Of a DNA stretch of 64,000 bases, positions 38,202 through 47,755 are shown in pieces. A program made the translations under genes and the position numbers. Source of the DNA: Nitrospinota bacterium (GTDB lineage Bacteria; UBA8248). The notes under the pieces were generated by a model. That model did not search any database and had not been told where the DNA came from. It worked only from the letters and a program-made list of their open reading frames with translations. Each line of letters starts with the position of its first letter. Position 1 is the first letter of the stretch. The stretch is from contig VXPH01000008.1 in NCBI GenBank assembly GCA_009839615.1, forward strand, positions 10,949-74,948, in the 5' to 3' direction.

Positions 38202-39623
38202 CTAGCTCGCCAGGCGCTGTTTCATCGCCTCGAAGTCGGCTTCGTAGAAGAACTCCTTCTCTCCGAAGGCCGGCTTGAGGCCGGTGAGCCAGGTGGCGTT
38301 TTCGTCATACTCGGCGAAGAAGACGCGGCCCAGCCACTCGGGGTTTCTCGCCTGGAGGAACTGAAGCGCGATGATGCGCTCGCCGCGGACCTCCTCGATA
38401 CCCAGGACCTGCACCTTGCCGGGCGCCGCACTCATCGAGGGGCCCCGCGCGGTGCGCGCCAGACCGGACACTTGGGAGTACGCCTTCCGGTAGATCGCGT
38501 GCGCCTCCACCAGGGGTAACTCGAAGTAGCGCTTGGCGCCCGTGTCCCTTTCCACGAACATGTAATAGGGAATCAGGCCCAGCCGCACCTGCTCCTTCCA
38601 CATGCGCGCCCACATGTCCGCGTCGTCGTTGATGTGCTTGAGAAGGGGCGCCTGCGTCCGGATGACGGCGCCCGTATCCCGCACCCTTCGGATGGCCTCG
38701 CGCGCCATCGGGGTCGAGACCTCACGCTCGTGATTGAAGTGCGCCATGATGGCGATGTGCTTGCCGCCTTTCACCATCTTCTCGAAAAGGCGGAGCGCAT
38801 CGTCCGCATCGGCGTCGGTGGTGAAGCGATACGGCCAGAAGGTCAGCGCCTTCGTGCCGATGCGGATGTCGCGGATGTGCGCGAAGCGCGAATCATCCAG
38901 CAGGGGCAGCATGTAGCCCTCGAGCGCCTTGGTCTTCATGATCATCGGATCCCCGCCGGTGAACAGGACGTCCGTCACCTCCTTATGCTCGGCGAGATAC
39001 CTGTGCAGGATGTCCGCGTCCGTGGAGAGGAAGCGAAGCTCCTTGTCCCCCACGAACTGCGCCCAGCGGAAGCAGAAGGTGCAGTAGGCGTGGCAGGTCT
39101 GCCCCTGGCCGGGGAAGAAGAGCACCGTCTCGTGGTATTTGTGCTGCATGCCCTCCACGTGCTCTTCGTCGATTGTGGGCACGTTCAGCGTCTGCTGACC
39201 GGCGGGGTGGGGGTTCAGGCCCGCCCTGATCTCGTGGATGGCGGCGTTGAGCTGCTCCTTGGGCGCTTCCCGCCGCAGCAGGTCCGCCACGCAATCGAAA
39301 TCCTCTTTGGAGATCATCCCCTCCTGGGGGAAAGAGAGCTGGAACAAGGGGTCCTCGGGCACGTTGTCCCAATCGATGAGGTTCTCCACCATGTAGCGGT
39401 TCGTGCGGAAGGGCAGCACGTGCCCCACCACCTTCATGCTGAAGCGGATGTCGTCGGGCAGGCTCTGCAGTTCGGGAACCTTGTCGATTTGCTGGACCAC
39501 AATTGGTTTGTAGCGAGGCGGATCGATGGACAACAGGTTCTGGCCGTTCGGACCGCCGTTTTGGGCTTTTGACGTCCCCGCATCGGCAGGAACGGGATTC
39601 TCTGAAGAAGATGTGTTCATTTT
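38202..39623 (-). CDS. KamA-family radical SAM protein (lysine 2,3-aminomutase-like)
   Basis: CHAYCTFCFR CxxxCxxC cluster and KamA-family core. Start chosen at ATG 39623 (GGAGGG SD) rather than the TTG at 39674. ~70-aa N-terminal low-complexity extension. Confidence 0.8.
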   Translation of the reverse strand, partial: KMNTSSSENPVPADAGTSKAQNGGPNGQNLLSIDPPRYKPIVVQQIDKVPELQSLPDDIRFSMKVVGHVLPFRTNRYMVENLIDWDNVPEDPLFQLSFPQEGMISKEDFDCVADLLRREAPKEQLNAAIHEIRAGLNPHPAGQQTLNVPTIDEEHVEGMQHKYHETVLFFPGQGQTCHAYCTFCFRWAQFVGDKELRFLSTDADILHRYLAEHKEVTDVLFTGGDPMIMKTKALEGYMLPLLDDSRFAHIRDIRIGTKALTFWPYRFTTDADADDALRLFEKMVKGGKHIAIMAHFNHEREVSTPMAREAIRRVRDTGAVIRTQAPLLKHINDDADMWARMWKEQVRLGLIPYYMFVERDTGAKRYFELPLVEAHAIYRKAYSQVSGLARTARGPSMSAAPGKVQVLGIEEVRGERIIALQFLQARNPEWLGRVFFAEYDENATWLTGLKPAFGEKEFFYEADFEAMKQRLAS

Positions 39624-39865
39624 CTGGCCCTCCGGGCAGTGTCCTACGGGACTCGAATCAGAATTCGAAACCAACTCTGTGTCGTTTATCTCACCGAATC
39701 ACTATCTCCCGATGTCATATCCCATTCAATCCACCGGATTCATCCTTCCTATATAATAGATAATATCCCCATCTTTGAAAACATGCCACAAAATATGCCC
39801 CGTCTTCTCTTGGGAAAACCCGTATTTTCTGAAAAAAATGAAAGCGTTGCGAGACATAAGAGAAA

Positions 39866-39905
39866 AATCCCCGCCCGGGCGTCATTCATCACATGGGCGG
39901 GGATA
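39866..39905 (-). terminator. intrinsic terminator after metallophosphoesterase gene (AUCCCCGCCC..loop..GGGCGGGGAU + UUUUU on minus strand)
   Basis: 10-bp GC stem followed by a T5 run on the minus strand, directly downstream of the stop at 39916. Confidence 0.6.
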
Positions 39906-39915
39906 TTCCGTTCAT

Positions 39916-40656
39916 CTAGTGGGGCATGTGGGCGGGGTTCCAGAACTCGCCCGTACGGATCGTGTGAGCCTGCTTATCCCCGCCCGGGTCCCAGCTTTCC
40001 TCGTTCTTGCGCGCCTGCTCCTCGAAATCATACTCGACGCGGTGGATTTCTCCTGCCCAGTTCCCGCCCCCCTGGTATTCGAGCAGGACATAGGCCGGGC
40101 GGTTGTCCCCGTCCCAGTTCACGGCGGCGGAGGCGGCGCACACCAGGGTCTGATTCCCGACCTGACGGATATAGGGGCCGTGACACTGCCCGAACGCCAC
40201 GACTTCCGATTTCTCCCCCGCGAGGCGTTCGATGATCTCATCGTCGGTGAGCCTGAGCGGGAGCGCGCCCTCGTCGTTCCCCGGCGAGCCGTGAAAGATG
40301 CGGAGATCGTGGCCGGGTTCGGGCGTAAGCGTCATTTCGCGGGGCAGCCCCCGGAGCCAGTCGAGCTGATCTTCGCTCAGGTGCTCGCGCGTCAGGCGCG
40401 AACTATCGTTCCTGGCGGGAAAATCGTTTTCCCCCTCATCCACGTGGTCGATGACCCAGCGGTCGAAGTTCCCCAGTATGGGCAGGCAGTTCTTCCGGGA
40501 ACGCAGGCGATCCACCACCTCGCCCGGCTCCGGCCCGCCCATCACGTGGTCGCCGGGAACGATCTCCCAGTGCACGTCGTGCTTGTCGACTTCCGCCAGA
40601 ACGGCGTCCAGGGGTGCGAGTTGAGCATGAATGTCGGAATAAAGCGCAAGTCTCAT
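39916..40656 (-). CDS. metallophosphoesterase (calcineurin-like, YfcE/MJ0936-like)
   Basis: 246 aa; LALYSDIHAQ, GDHVMGGP, GNFD, C-terminal FGQCHGPY metallophosphatase motifs. Confidence 0.8.
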   Translation of the reverse strand: MRLALYSDIHAQLAPLDAVLAEVDKHDVHWEIVPGDHVMGGPEPGEVVDRLRSRKNCLPILGNFDRWVIDHVDEGENDFPARNDSSRLTREHLSEDQLDWLRGLPREMTLTPEPGHDLRIFHGSPGNDEGALPLRLTDDEIIERLAGEKSEVVAFGQCHGPYIRQVGNQTLVCAASAAVNWDGDNRPAYVLLEYQGGGNWAGEIHRVEYDFEEQARKNEESWDPGGDKQAHTIRTGEFWNPAHMPH

Positions 40657-40710
40657 TTTCGTTCTCCATGATGGGTGATGTATGAAAACCGGTATATGAC
40701 GATGAGCACG

Positions 40711-42045
40711 CTAGTGTAGCAATCTCCCCCCCGATTCCGCCAACGCCTCCATCTTCTCCACGAGGCGGGAGTAGAGCAGCTTACCGTTTTTCTTCACGAC
40801 CTTTCCGGCCACGAACACCGTGTCCACGTTGGCGAACGACGCCTGGAAAACGACCGTCTCGAGCGGGTCGTGCACGGGGAAGAGATTCAGGTCGTTCTTT
40901 CTGATCAGGACCACATCCGCCTGCTTGCCGAGCTTGAGCGTGCCCGCCTTGTATCCGAGCCCCAGGGCGTTGGCGCCGTCTATCGTCGCCCATTCCAGCG
41001 CGCGCCTCGCGGGAATCGCGATCTCCTGCGGGGAGGTTCTCCCGTCGAGTATCTTCTGGTTCTCCTGCGCGCGGGCGAACTGAAGCCCCACCCGCATCAT
41101 GGTGAACATGTCGCCGCTGACGTTCGATTCCACGTCGATCCCCAGCGTCGGCCTGCCGCCCAGGGCCAGAACCCGCCCGATGACGGGTTCGCCGTGACCC
41201 ATCTGCATCTCCACCTCGGGGCAAGAGGTGACCGAGCAGCCCGAATCGATGAGGATCCGCAACTCCTCCTCGCTCAACTGGTTCGCGTGCACGGCGTTGA
41301 AGTCCGGCCCCAGAAGTCCCTCCCGCGCCAATTGCCTGACGCCGTCGGGCGTCACCCGGTGGAATCCGCCGCCGATGTGCGCGCTCCAGAGTAAATCGTA
41401 TTCGCGGGCCAGGCAGATGTCGTGCACGCACATCTCGAGCGTGGAAAGGTCGGGACCTCTCGTGGCGAGGGCCAGTTTGATGAGGCCGTCGTTCGCAGCC
41501 AGCCTCCCCGCCCGCAAACGCCTGACCTCATCGGGGGGATGCGGCCTGTGGCTGAGCGGCGTCTCGCCCTCCGCAATTTTGGGCTTGGGCGTTCCGTGGC
41601 CGAAAACAGCGCGGACACCCGCCTCCTCCAGGCCGTCCAGACCTGCATCGGTGTGCTCGGGCGTGGGGTTGTTGTGGCACCAGTCGAACAGCGTCGTGAC
41701 GCCGCTGTTTAGCTGGTTCAACGCGCCCACGAGGTTCGCGAGGTATACGTCTTCCGGCTGAAACCGGGGGCCGAAACCCTCGTGCATCTGGCGGACATAC
41801 TCCACCAGAGTCCAGTCGCCGGCGATCCCTCGGATGCCCGTCTGCCAGGTATGCTGATGGGCGTTCACGAAACCCGGCATGACGATGAAATCGTCCGCGT
41901 CCATCTCCTCGGCCCCGGGCGCATGGACGTTATGGCCGACTTCTCTTATCTCATCGTCCTCGATGAGCAGGTCGCCGCCTTCGATATCACCCAGCACGGG
42001 GTCGAGCGTGAGGATGCTCCCCCCGCGCAGTATCGTCCTTCCCAT
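40711..42045 (-). CDS. amidohydrolase (chlorohydrolase/deaminase family, MtaD/SsnA-like)
   Basis: HxH motif (FVNAHQHTWQT), HANQL, DSGCSV, GIDVESN family pattern. ATG at 42045 with GGGAGG SD, overlapping the upstream stop (TAATG). Confidence 0.8.
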   Translation of the reverse strand: MGRTILRGGSILTLDPVLGDIEGGDLLIEDDEIREVGHNVHAPGAEEMDADDFIVMPGFVNAHQHTWQTGIRGIAGDWTLVEYVRQMHEGFGPRFQPEDVYLANLVGALNQLNSGVTTLFDWCHNNPTPEHTDAGLDGLEEAGVRAVFGHGTPKPKIAEGETPLSHRPHPPDEVRRLRAGRLAANDGLIKLALATRGPDLSTLEMCVHDICLAREYDLLWSAHIGGGFHRVTPDGVRQLAREGLLGPDFNAVHANQLSEEELRILIDSGCSVTSCPEVEMQMGHGEPVIGRVLALGGRPTLGIDVESNVSGDMFTMMRVGLQFARAQENQKILDGRTSPQEIAIPARRALEWATIDGANALGLGYKAGTLKLGKQADVVLIRKNDLNLFPVHDPLETVVFQASFANVDTVFVAGKVVKKNGKLLYSRLVEKMEALAESGGRLLH

Positions 42046-43154
42046 TACAATGAGCCTCCCACGGGCGGCGCGAACTCCCGGAGCGCCTCCTCTTTCCATT
42101 CCAATCCGAGTCCGGGTCTATCGGAGAGAACCAGGTTCCCGTCCCTGAACTCCATCGGCTCCTTGATGATGCACTCCCACCAGGGCATGTGCTCACACCA
42201 GACGCCGTGCTCCTCGGCACTCAGAAGATGCGCGGAAACCTCGTGGAACAGGTGCGGGGTCACCGGCTTTCCGAACTCCTTCGCCAGCGCCGCCGCGCGG
42301 CGCCAGCCCGTGACGCCGGAGCAGCGCTCCAGATCGGGCATGAGAATATCGGCCGCGCCCGCCACGAGCAGGTGGCGCATCCCGCGCGGGTTGTAGTTCG
42401 TCTCCCCGGTGCAGATGGGGATGCTGCTGGCCTCAGCGACCTCGGCGCACCCCCGGATGTCCTCGTGATCGACGGGCTCCTCCACCCAGTAAAGACCGAA
42501 GGGCTCGAACGCCTTGCACGCCCTTATCGCGGTTTCCACGTCCCAGGCCTGGTTGGCGTCCACCATGAGCGCGACCTCATCGCCTATCGCCCCGCGCACG
42601 GCGCGGATCCGCTCGACGTCGTCATCCACCCTCCCACCCACGCGGAGCTTCATGGCCTTGAAGCCGCGCGCCTTGAGCGCCGCGGCCTCCTCGACGAGTT
42701 CGTCTATCCAGAGATTGAGCCAAAGGCCCTCGCTCGCGTAGCAGGGAATTTCGCGCCTCTCGCCGCCCAGGTATTTCCAGAGCGGCTGGCCCGCCGCCTG
42801 GGCCGCAAGGTCCCAACAGGCGGTATCGAGCGCTGACATCGCCAGGGCGCTGATGCCGTCGCGGCCCACGAAGCTCACCGCCTTGCGCATCGCCTCCCAG
42901 TTCGCGTCTGCGTCCGCCGGATCCCTGCCCAGCAGGTTGGCGAACAGATCGCGCACCATCGCTATCATCGCGCGGGTGCGCTCGGGTCCGAAGGCGAAAC
43001 ACCAGCCGTGGCCCTTGAGGCCCTCTTTCGTGCGGAGGGTGACGCAGCAGGTGTCGACGGCGTGCACTTCGAACGTGGCCACCTTGAGCGGTCGCTCCAG
43101 CGGCACGCATACGTGCGCCGGCGTCATGCTGATGATGGTTTGGGAAGACGGCAA
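42045..43154 (-). CDS. mandelate racemase/muconate lactonizing enzyme family (enolase superfamily)
   Basis: 369 aa, TTG start with AAGGAGG SD; KLRVGG..D; LMVDANQAW; EEP metal ligands. Confidence 0.8.
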   Translation of the reverse strand: MPSSQTIISMTPAHVCVPLERPLKVATFEVHAVDTCCVTLRTKEGLKGHGWCFAFGPERTRAMIAMVRDLFANLLGRDPADADANWEAMRKAVSFVGRDGISALAMSALDTACWDLAAQAAGQPLWKYLGGERREIPCYASEGLWLNLWIDELVEEAAALKARGFKAMKLRVGGRVDDDVERIRAVRGAIGDEVALMVDANQAWDVETAIRACKAFEPFGLYWVEEPVDHEDIRGCAEVAEASSIPICTGETNYNPRGMRHLLVAGAADILMPDLERCSGVTGWRRAAALAKEFGKPVTPHLFHEVSAHLLSAEEHGVWCEHMPWWECIIKEPMEFRDGNLVLSDRPGLGLEWKEEALREFAPPVGGSL

Positions 43155-43214
43155 AACGGACCTCCTTCGCTGCGAGTGTGGGATTTCGCCCTGTTCATAA
43201 GTTTATGCGACAGG

Positions 43215-43244
43215 TTACCTTCTTCAGTTCCGAATGGCTATAAT
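43215..43244 (+). promoter_or_regulatory. candidate sigma70-type promoter for rluB (TTACCT-N18-TATAAT)
   Basis: Perfect TATAAT at ~43239-43244 with a TTACCT-like -35, ~48 nt upstream of the rluB ATG. Confidence 0.35.
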
Positions 43245-43291
43245 CGCCCGTCTTGAAGTTATCGGAGAAAATTGAGGGGGTAGAACAAGAG

Positions 43292-44158
43292 ATGGCCGCT
43301 ATCCGGCTCCAGAAAATCATCGCCCAGGCGGGCCTCGCCTCGCGCCGGGAGGCGGAGCGCCTGATCGCGGAGGGCCGCGTCCAGGTGAACGGAGAGCGCG
43401 TGCTCACCCTGGGCGCCAAGGCGGACCCGCTGGCCGATTCCATCAAGGTGGACGGTAAGCTCATCACCAGAAAAGAACTTCCGGTATATCTCGTGCTGAA
43501 CAAACCCAAACATGTACTCACCACCATGCGGGATGAAGAGGGCAAAGACAGGCCCACGGTGGCGGACCTCCTGCCCCAGGGCCTTCGGCGCGTATTTCCC
43601 GTCGGCAGGCTCGACTTCGACGTCGAGGGCGTCTTGCTGCTCACCAACGACGGCGAGATGGCGAACCGCCTCGCCCACCCGAGATACGAGATACCCCGCG
43701 TGTATGAAGCGAAAGTGAAGGGCATCCCCTCCGAAGCCGCCCTCGCCCGGATGGCGGATGGCTCATGGGTGCGCGGGCGGGGCAGGAAACCCGGGCCGGC
43801 CGGCGTGCGGATCGTCCGGGGCAAGACGGAGAAGAACGCGTGGCTCAGAATCGAACTCCGCGAGGGAAGGCAGCACCAGGTCAAGAAAATGTGCGAGGCC
43901 GTGGGGCATCCCGTCATCAAACTGGTCCGGCGCGCATACGGGGGCGTCACGGCCAAAGGCCTTCCCGGCGCCAAGGTGAGGACCCTCACACGTGATGAGG
44001 TCGAAAAACTTAAAATTATGACGAACATCCGCACCGAGGCGGCGAAGCGCCCGCCTTCCAGGACGGGCTGGGCCAAGGCCAGGACGAACCCGAAACGCAC
44101 GGCGCGAAAAGGGTCCGCGAAACAGCAGACGAAACAATCCGGGAAATCCGGCCCTTAA
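43292..44158 (+). CDS. rluB: rRNA pseudouridine synthase, RsuA/RluB family
   Basis: S4 domain (IRLQKIIAQAGLASRREAERLI), catalytic LVLNKP...VGRLDFDVEGVLLLTNDG, basic Lys/Arg-rich C-terminal tail. Confidence 0.85.
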   Translation: MAAIRLQKIIAQAGLASRREAERLIAEGRVQVNGERVLTLGAKADPLADSIKVDGKLITRKELPVYLVLNKPKHVLTTMRDEEGKDRPTVADLLPQGLRRVFPVGRLDFDVEGVLLLTNDGEMANRLAHPRYEIPRVYEAKVKGIPSEAALARMADGSWVRGRGRKPGPAGVRIVRGKTEKNAWLRIELREGRQHQVKKMCEAVGHPVIKLVRRAYGGVTAKGLPGAKVRTLTRDEVEKLKIMTNIRTEAAKRPPSRTGWAKARTNPKRTARKGSAKQQTKQSGKSGP

Positions 44159-44261
44159 TGAAACACACGCCCGATGAACAAGCCAGACAAAGGAAACCGC
44201 GAGGCTTCCTGTGTTATGATGCGGCAAAACGCGAGGGGAATGTAAAAAGGCCGCTTAGACG

Positions 44262-44867
44262 ATGAGCGCACCCGCTTCAAACAGATTAACGTTGGCGACC
44301 AAGATCACGCTGGTCCGGGTTTTCCTGATCCCCGTTTTCGTGATGTGTCTCGCCTACAAGAAGCCGGGAATCGCCCTGGCCGTCTTCATCATCGCGGGCG
44401 TGGCGGACGGCGTTGACGGCTATATCGCGAGACGGCGCGGCGAGATGACAGAGTTGGGCGCCATGCTCGACCCCATTGCGGACAAACTGCTCATGTTCAC
44501 CGCATACATGATGATGGGGCTTTCAGGACAAATCCCGATCTGGCTGGCCGTCTCAGTAGTAAGCCGGGATCTACTGCTGTCGATCGGCTGCCTGATGTTG
44601 TTCATGTCTGTGGGCTTCCAGACGCCGTCTCCTTCCATGCTGGGAAAAACCACGACGACCGCCCAGATGGTCACCGCGGGGGCCGCTCTTCTGGCGGCGG
44701 CGCTGGGAGCGGAGACGAACATCGTGCTGTTGTCCACCTACCTGATAACCTGCGCCCTGACGCTCGCCTCGGGGATTCATTATCTTTTCTTCGTTGGCAC
44801 CCGCATGATTTACGAGAAACCGGACGACGATCAGGCGGAGAATTCCACCCCTGCAACCCGAAACTGA
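44262..44867 (+). CDS. pgsA: CDP-alcohol phosphatidyltransferase (PgsA-like)
   Basis: 201 aa; DGxxAR...G...D...D motif (AGVADGVDGYIARRRGEMTELGAMLDPIADK). Confidence 0.8.
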   Translation: MSAPASNRLTLATKITLVRVFLIPVFVMCLAYKKPGIALAVFIIAGVADGVDGYIARRRGEMTELGAMLDPIADKLLMFTAYMMMGLSGQIPIWLAVSVVSRDLLLSIGCLMLFMSVGFQTPSPSMLGKTTTTAQMVTAGAALLAAALGAETNIVLLSTYLITCALTLASGIHYLFFVGTRMIYEKPDDDQAENSTPATRN

Positions 44868-44883
44868 GGCCAGGCTGACCGAC

Positions 44884-45930
44884 ATGGACAACCAACCCCA
44901 AATCCTCACTTGGAAGAGAATCTGGCTGATTCTCATTCTCATCGCCGCCGTCTGGCTTTTGGTGAGCGCCCGGGCGGCCCTGATTCCCCTGGCTGCTTCG
45001 TTCATCCTCTCCTATCTGCTCCAGCCCCTCGTCGATGCGCTGGAGAGGTGGAAAATACCGAGGCCCCTCGCCGTCCTGCTCCCCTTGCTGGGCCTGGGCC
45101 TGGGCCTGTTCATCTTGTGGGTCAGCATATCGCCCGTTGTGCAGGAGCAGGTAAAGGCTTTCGCCAAGAAACTTCCCGACTACATCAGCCTCACGCAATC
45201 CTGGCTCATCGCCACGCTCGACAGGTTCGACCTTCCCCAGACGGCCGAACTCAAGAAATACTTCACCGAGAACCTCTCCTTGCTGGGTCAATTTCCCGTT
45301 ACCGCGCTCAGGTTTCTGCTGAGAACGACAAGCGGGCTTTTCTCCATCGCCATCGGCATGATCTATCTCATCCTCATCCCCGTCATGACCTTCTACATCC
45401 TGCGGGACTGGAAAGAGCTATGGGCGGGGTTTTTCGCCTACGTGCACCGCGACTACCGCGCAGAGGTGGAGAAAAGAGTCTTCCGGCTCGACGAACTGCT
45501 CGGCTCGTTCATCAAGGGGCAGTTGCTGATCGCCTTCATCCTTTCCGCCTTGTATGTGCTGGGCTTCTTCATCGTGGACATGCCGCTGTGGCTGGTGATG
45601 GGTATCTTCACGGGTATCGCCTGCATGTTCCCCTATGTGGAATGGATTATCGCCCTGCCGATCGCCCTGCTGCTCTCCGCACTCGCCCACCAGGACTGGC
45701 TCCACCCGCTGGCGACGCTGGCCGTGTTCGGCATTATCTCGCCCGCTGCCGGCGTTTTCCTTGTGCCCCGCATTCTGGGCAACCGCATCGGGCTTCATCC
45801 CGTGGTGGTGCTCGCCTCCATCATGATAGGGGGCGAGTTGATGGGCTTCGCGGGAATTCTCCTGGCCGTCCCGCTCGCGGCGGCCATCAAGGTGATCCTG
45901 GAAGCCATCAGCGACTACTACCTCGCGTAA
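44884..45930 (+). CDS. AI-2E family transporter (PerM/UPF0118)
   Basis: 348 aa, 8 TM helices, typical UPF0118 C-terminal LAVPLAAAIKVIL. Confidence 0.78.
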   Translation: MDNQPQILTWKRIWLILILIAAVWLLVSARAALIPLAASFILSYLLQPLVDALERWKIPRPLAVLLPLLGLGLGLFILWVSISPVVQEQVKAFAKKLPDYISLTQSWLIATLDRFDLPQTAELKKYFTENLSLLGQFPVTALRFLLRTTSGLFSIAIGMIYLILIPVMTFYILRDWKELWAGFFAYVHRDYRAEVEKRVFRLDELLGSFIKGQLLIAFILSALYVLGFFIVDMPLWLVMGIFTGIACMFPYVEWIIALPIALLLSALAHQDWLHPLATLAVFGIISPAAGVFLVPRILGNRIGLHPVVVLASIMIGGELMGFAGILLAVPLAAAIKVILEAISDYYLA

Positions 45931-45984
45931 GTTCTTCGGGACGCTCCTGGAGAGATAACAATCTGCAATGCAGATCAGGGAGTT

Positions 45985-46012
45985 GTAGGGACAGGTCGCG
46001 ACCTGTTCCTAC
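45985..46012. repeat. GTAGGGACAGG-TCGCGA-CCTGTTCCTAC palindromic (REP-like) element, family copy 2
   Basis: Near-perfect 11-bp inverted repeat between convergent genes. Shares GTAGGGRCAG / CCCTAC termini with the elements at 19674 and 56345. Confidence 0.55.
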
Positions 46013-46090
46013 GAGGCGGTGCGGCTTTGACGGTGAAAACTCTCGATTGGGATGGCAACAGCCCTTTGGGAGAGCTTTTTCAACAACCCC

Positions 46091-46615
46091 TTACTCGGGT
46101 ACTTCCACTCCCCTGTCCACGGCGCGGGCCATGAGGAAGAGGAGGTCGGAGACGCGGTTAAGATAGACCAGCAGGTCGGGGTTATCGATGTAGCCCTCGT
46201 CTCGCAGCTTGACCGACCATCTCTCGCCCCGGCGGATGATGGTAAGCGCCATATCCAGGGTGGCGCCGCAGGTGGAATCGCCCGAGATCACCCAGTCGGT
46301 GATCTGGATCTCTTTCTCATAGCGCGCCACCTGCGCATCGGCCCACGCGACCTGCTCCGCGCCCACGCGCTCGGTAAGCCTGCCGAGCTTGCCCCGTAGC
46401 GTCGCCAGGTCGCTGCTCACGAGGTAGAGGTCTTTCTGGATTTTGAGGATTTCGGGCTTCAGCCATTCAGGCGCGGTCGAGCGGGCGAGGCCGAGCGCCG
46501 CCTTCGCCTCGTCGAGCGCGCCATAGGCCTGCACCTGGGGATGATATTTGGGAACCCTGTCCGCGAACCATAGATCGGTGTTCCCATCGTCTCCTCTCCT
46601 CGTGACGATGGACAT
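46091..46615 (-). CDS. ATP:cob(I)alamin adenosyltransferase, PduO type
   Basis: 174 aa; TRRGDDGNTDL start and PduO-type helix-bundle pattern. Confidence 0.8.
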   Translation of the reverse strand: MSIVTRRGDDGNTDLWFADRVPKYHPQVQAYGALDEAKAALGLARSTAPEWLKPEILKIQKDLYLVSSDLATLRGKLGRLTERVGAEQVAWADAQVARYEKEIQITDWVISGDSTCGATLDMALTIIRRGERWSVKLRDEGYIDNPDLLVYLNRVSDLLFLMARAVDRGVEVPE

Positions 46616-46632
46616 CGAACCGCTCCTTCCAG

Positions 46633-47697
46633 CTAGAGTCTCTTGATGACGTCGGTGGCGACGGACCTTGTCGTACCGGTGCCGCCCAGGTCCGCCGTGC
46701 GGTTTCCTTCGGCCAGATGCGCGCGAACCGCGCCGTCGAGCCGCTTCGCCGCGCGCTCCTCGCCCAGGTAATCGAGCATCAATGCGGCGGAGATAAGCGC
46801 CGCCACAGGATTGGCGATTCCCTTGCCCATGATGTCGGGTGCGGAGCCGTGCACGGGCTCGAACAGGCCGGGCGCGTCTCCCTTGGGATTCGTGTTCGCG
46901 CTTGCGGCGACCCCCAGTCCGCCGACGATGGCGGCGCCCAGGTCCGTCAGAATGTCGCCGAAGAGGTTCGTGGACACCACGACGTCGAAATGCTCGGGCC
47001 TTCTCACGAACTCCAAGGCGGCGGCGTCGACGAGATACTTCGCCGTCTTGACCCCCTTGTAGCGGGGCCTGGCCGCGACTTCCTCGAAAATCTCATCCCA
47101 CATCACCAGCGTATGGCCCTGCGCGTTCGATTTGGTGACGTTGGTCACGTGCTTTTTCCGCTTGAGCGCCGCCTCGAACGCCGCCTCGATGATGCGCTCA
47201 CACCCCATACGCGTGAAAAGCGTTATCTGGGCCGCCATTTGCGAGGGATGCCCCTCGTAATGCCTGCCGCCGATGGGACTGTACTCCCCCTCGGTGTTCT
47301 CGCGAAAGAAGAGGATGTCGATGTCGCCCGGCTCGTAACCGCGCAGCGGCGATTCGAGCCCCTCGTACAAGACGATGGGACGCATGTTGACGTAGAGGTC
47401 GAAACCCCTGCGCAACGGAAGCAGGAGCTGGTTGAGTGTGATGTGGTCGGGAATGTCGGGCCTGCCCACGGCGCCGAGCAGAATCGCGTCGTGTTTTCTC
47501 ACGCGCTCCAGGAAATTCTCCGGGCACATCCGGCCCGTCTCGTGATAGAAATCGCTCCCCCAGGGGTATTTCGTGAAAGAAAACGCAAGCCCGCGCTCGC
47601 TCTTCGCCAGCGCGCGCAGGACGCGCACCGCCTGACTCACGACCTCGGGTCCGATGCCGTCCGCGGGGATTAAACCGATGCTGTGCTTCGCCATCAC
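46633..47697 (-). CDS. isocitrate/isopropylmalate dehydrogenase family (tartrate/D-malate dehydrogenase-like)
   Basis: 354 aa; GLIPADGIGPEV, NLFGDILTDLGAAIVGGLGVAASAN signature. Confidence 0.78.
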   Translation of the reverse strand: MMAKHSIGLIPADGIGPEVVSQAVRVLRALAKSERGLAFSFTKYPWGSDFYHETGRMCPENFLERVRKHDAILLGAVGRPDIPDHITLNQLLLPLRRGFDLYVNMRPIVLYEGLESPLRGYEPGDIDILFFRENTEGEYSPIGGRHYEGHPSQMAAQITLFTRMGCERIIEAAFEAALKRKKHVTNVTKSNAQGHTLVMWDEIFEEVAARPRYKGVKTAKYLVDAAALEFVRRPEHFDVVVSTNLFGDILTDLGAAIVGGLGVAASANTNPKGDAPGLFEPVHGSAPDIMGKGIANPVAALISAALMLDYLGEERAAKRLDGAVRAHLAEGNRTADLGGTGTTRSVATDVIKRL

Positions 47698-47755
47698 TTC
47701 TCCTTCCTGGTTCCGCGCGCGGCTGGTGAACGGATCGCATCCAGACCGCGAAGAA

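Noticed and set aside
38202-39674. Longer KamA-like start at TTG 39674
   Set aside because: No SD. The ATG at 39623 has a GGAGGG SD 9 nt upstream. Either way the N-terminal extension is non-conserved.
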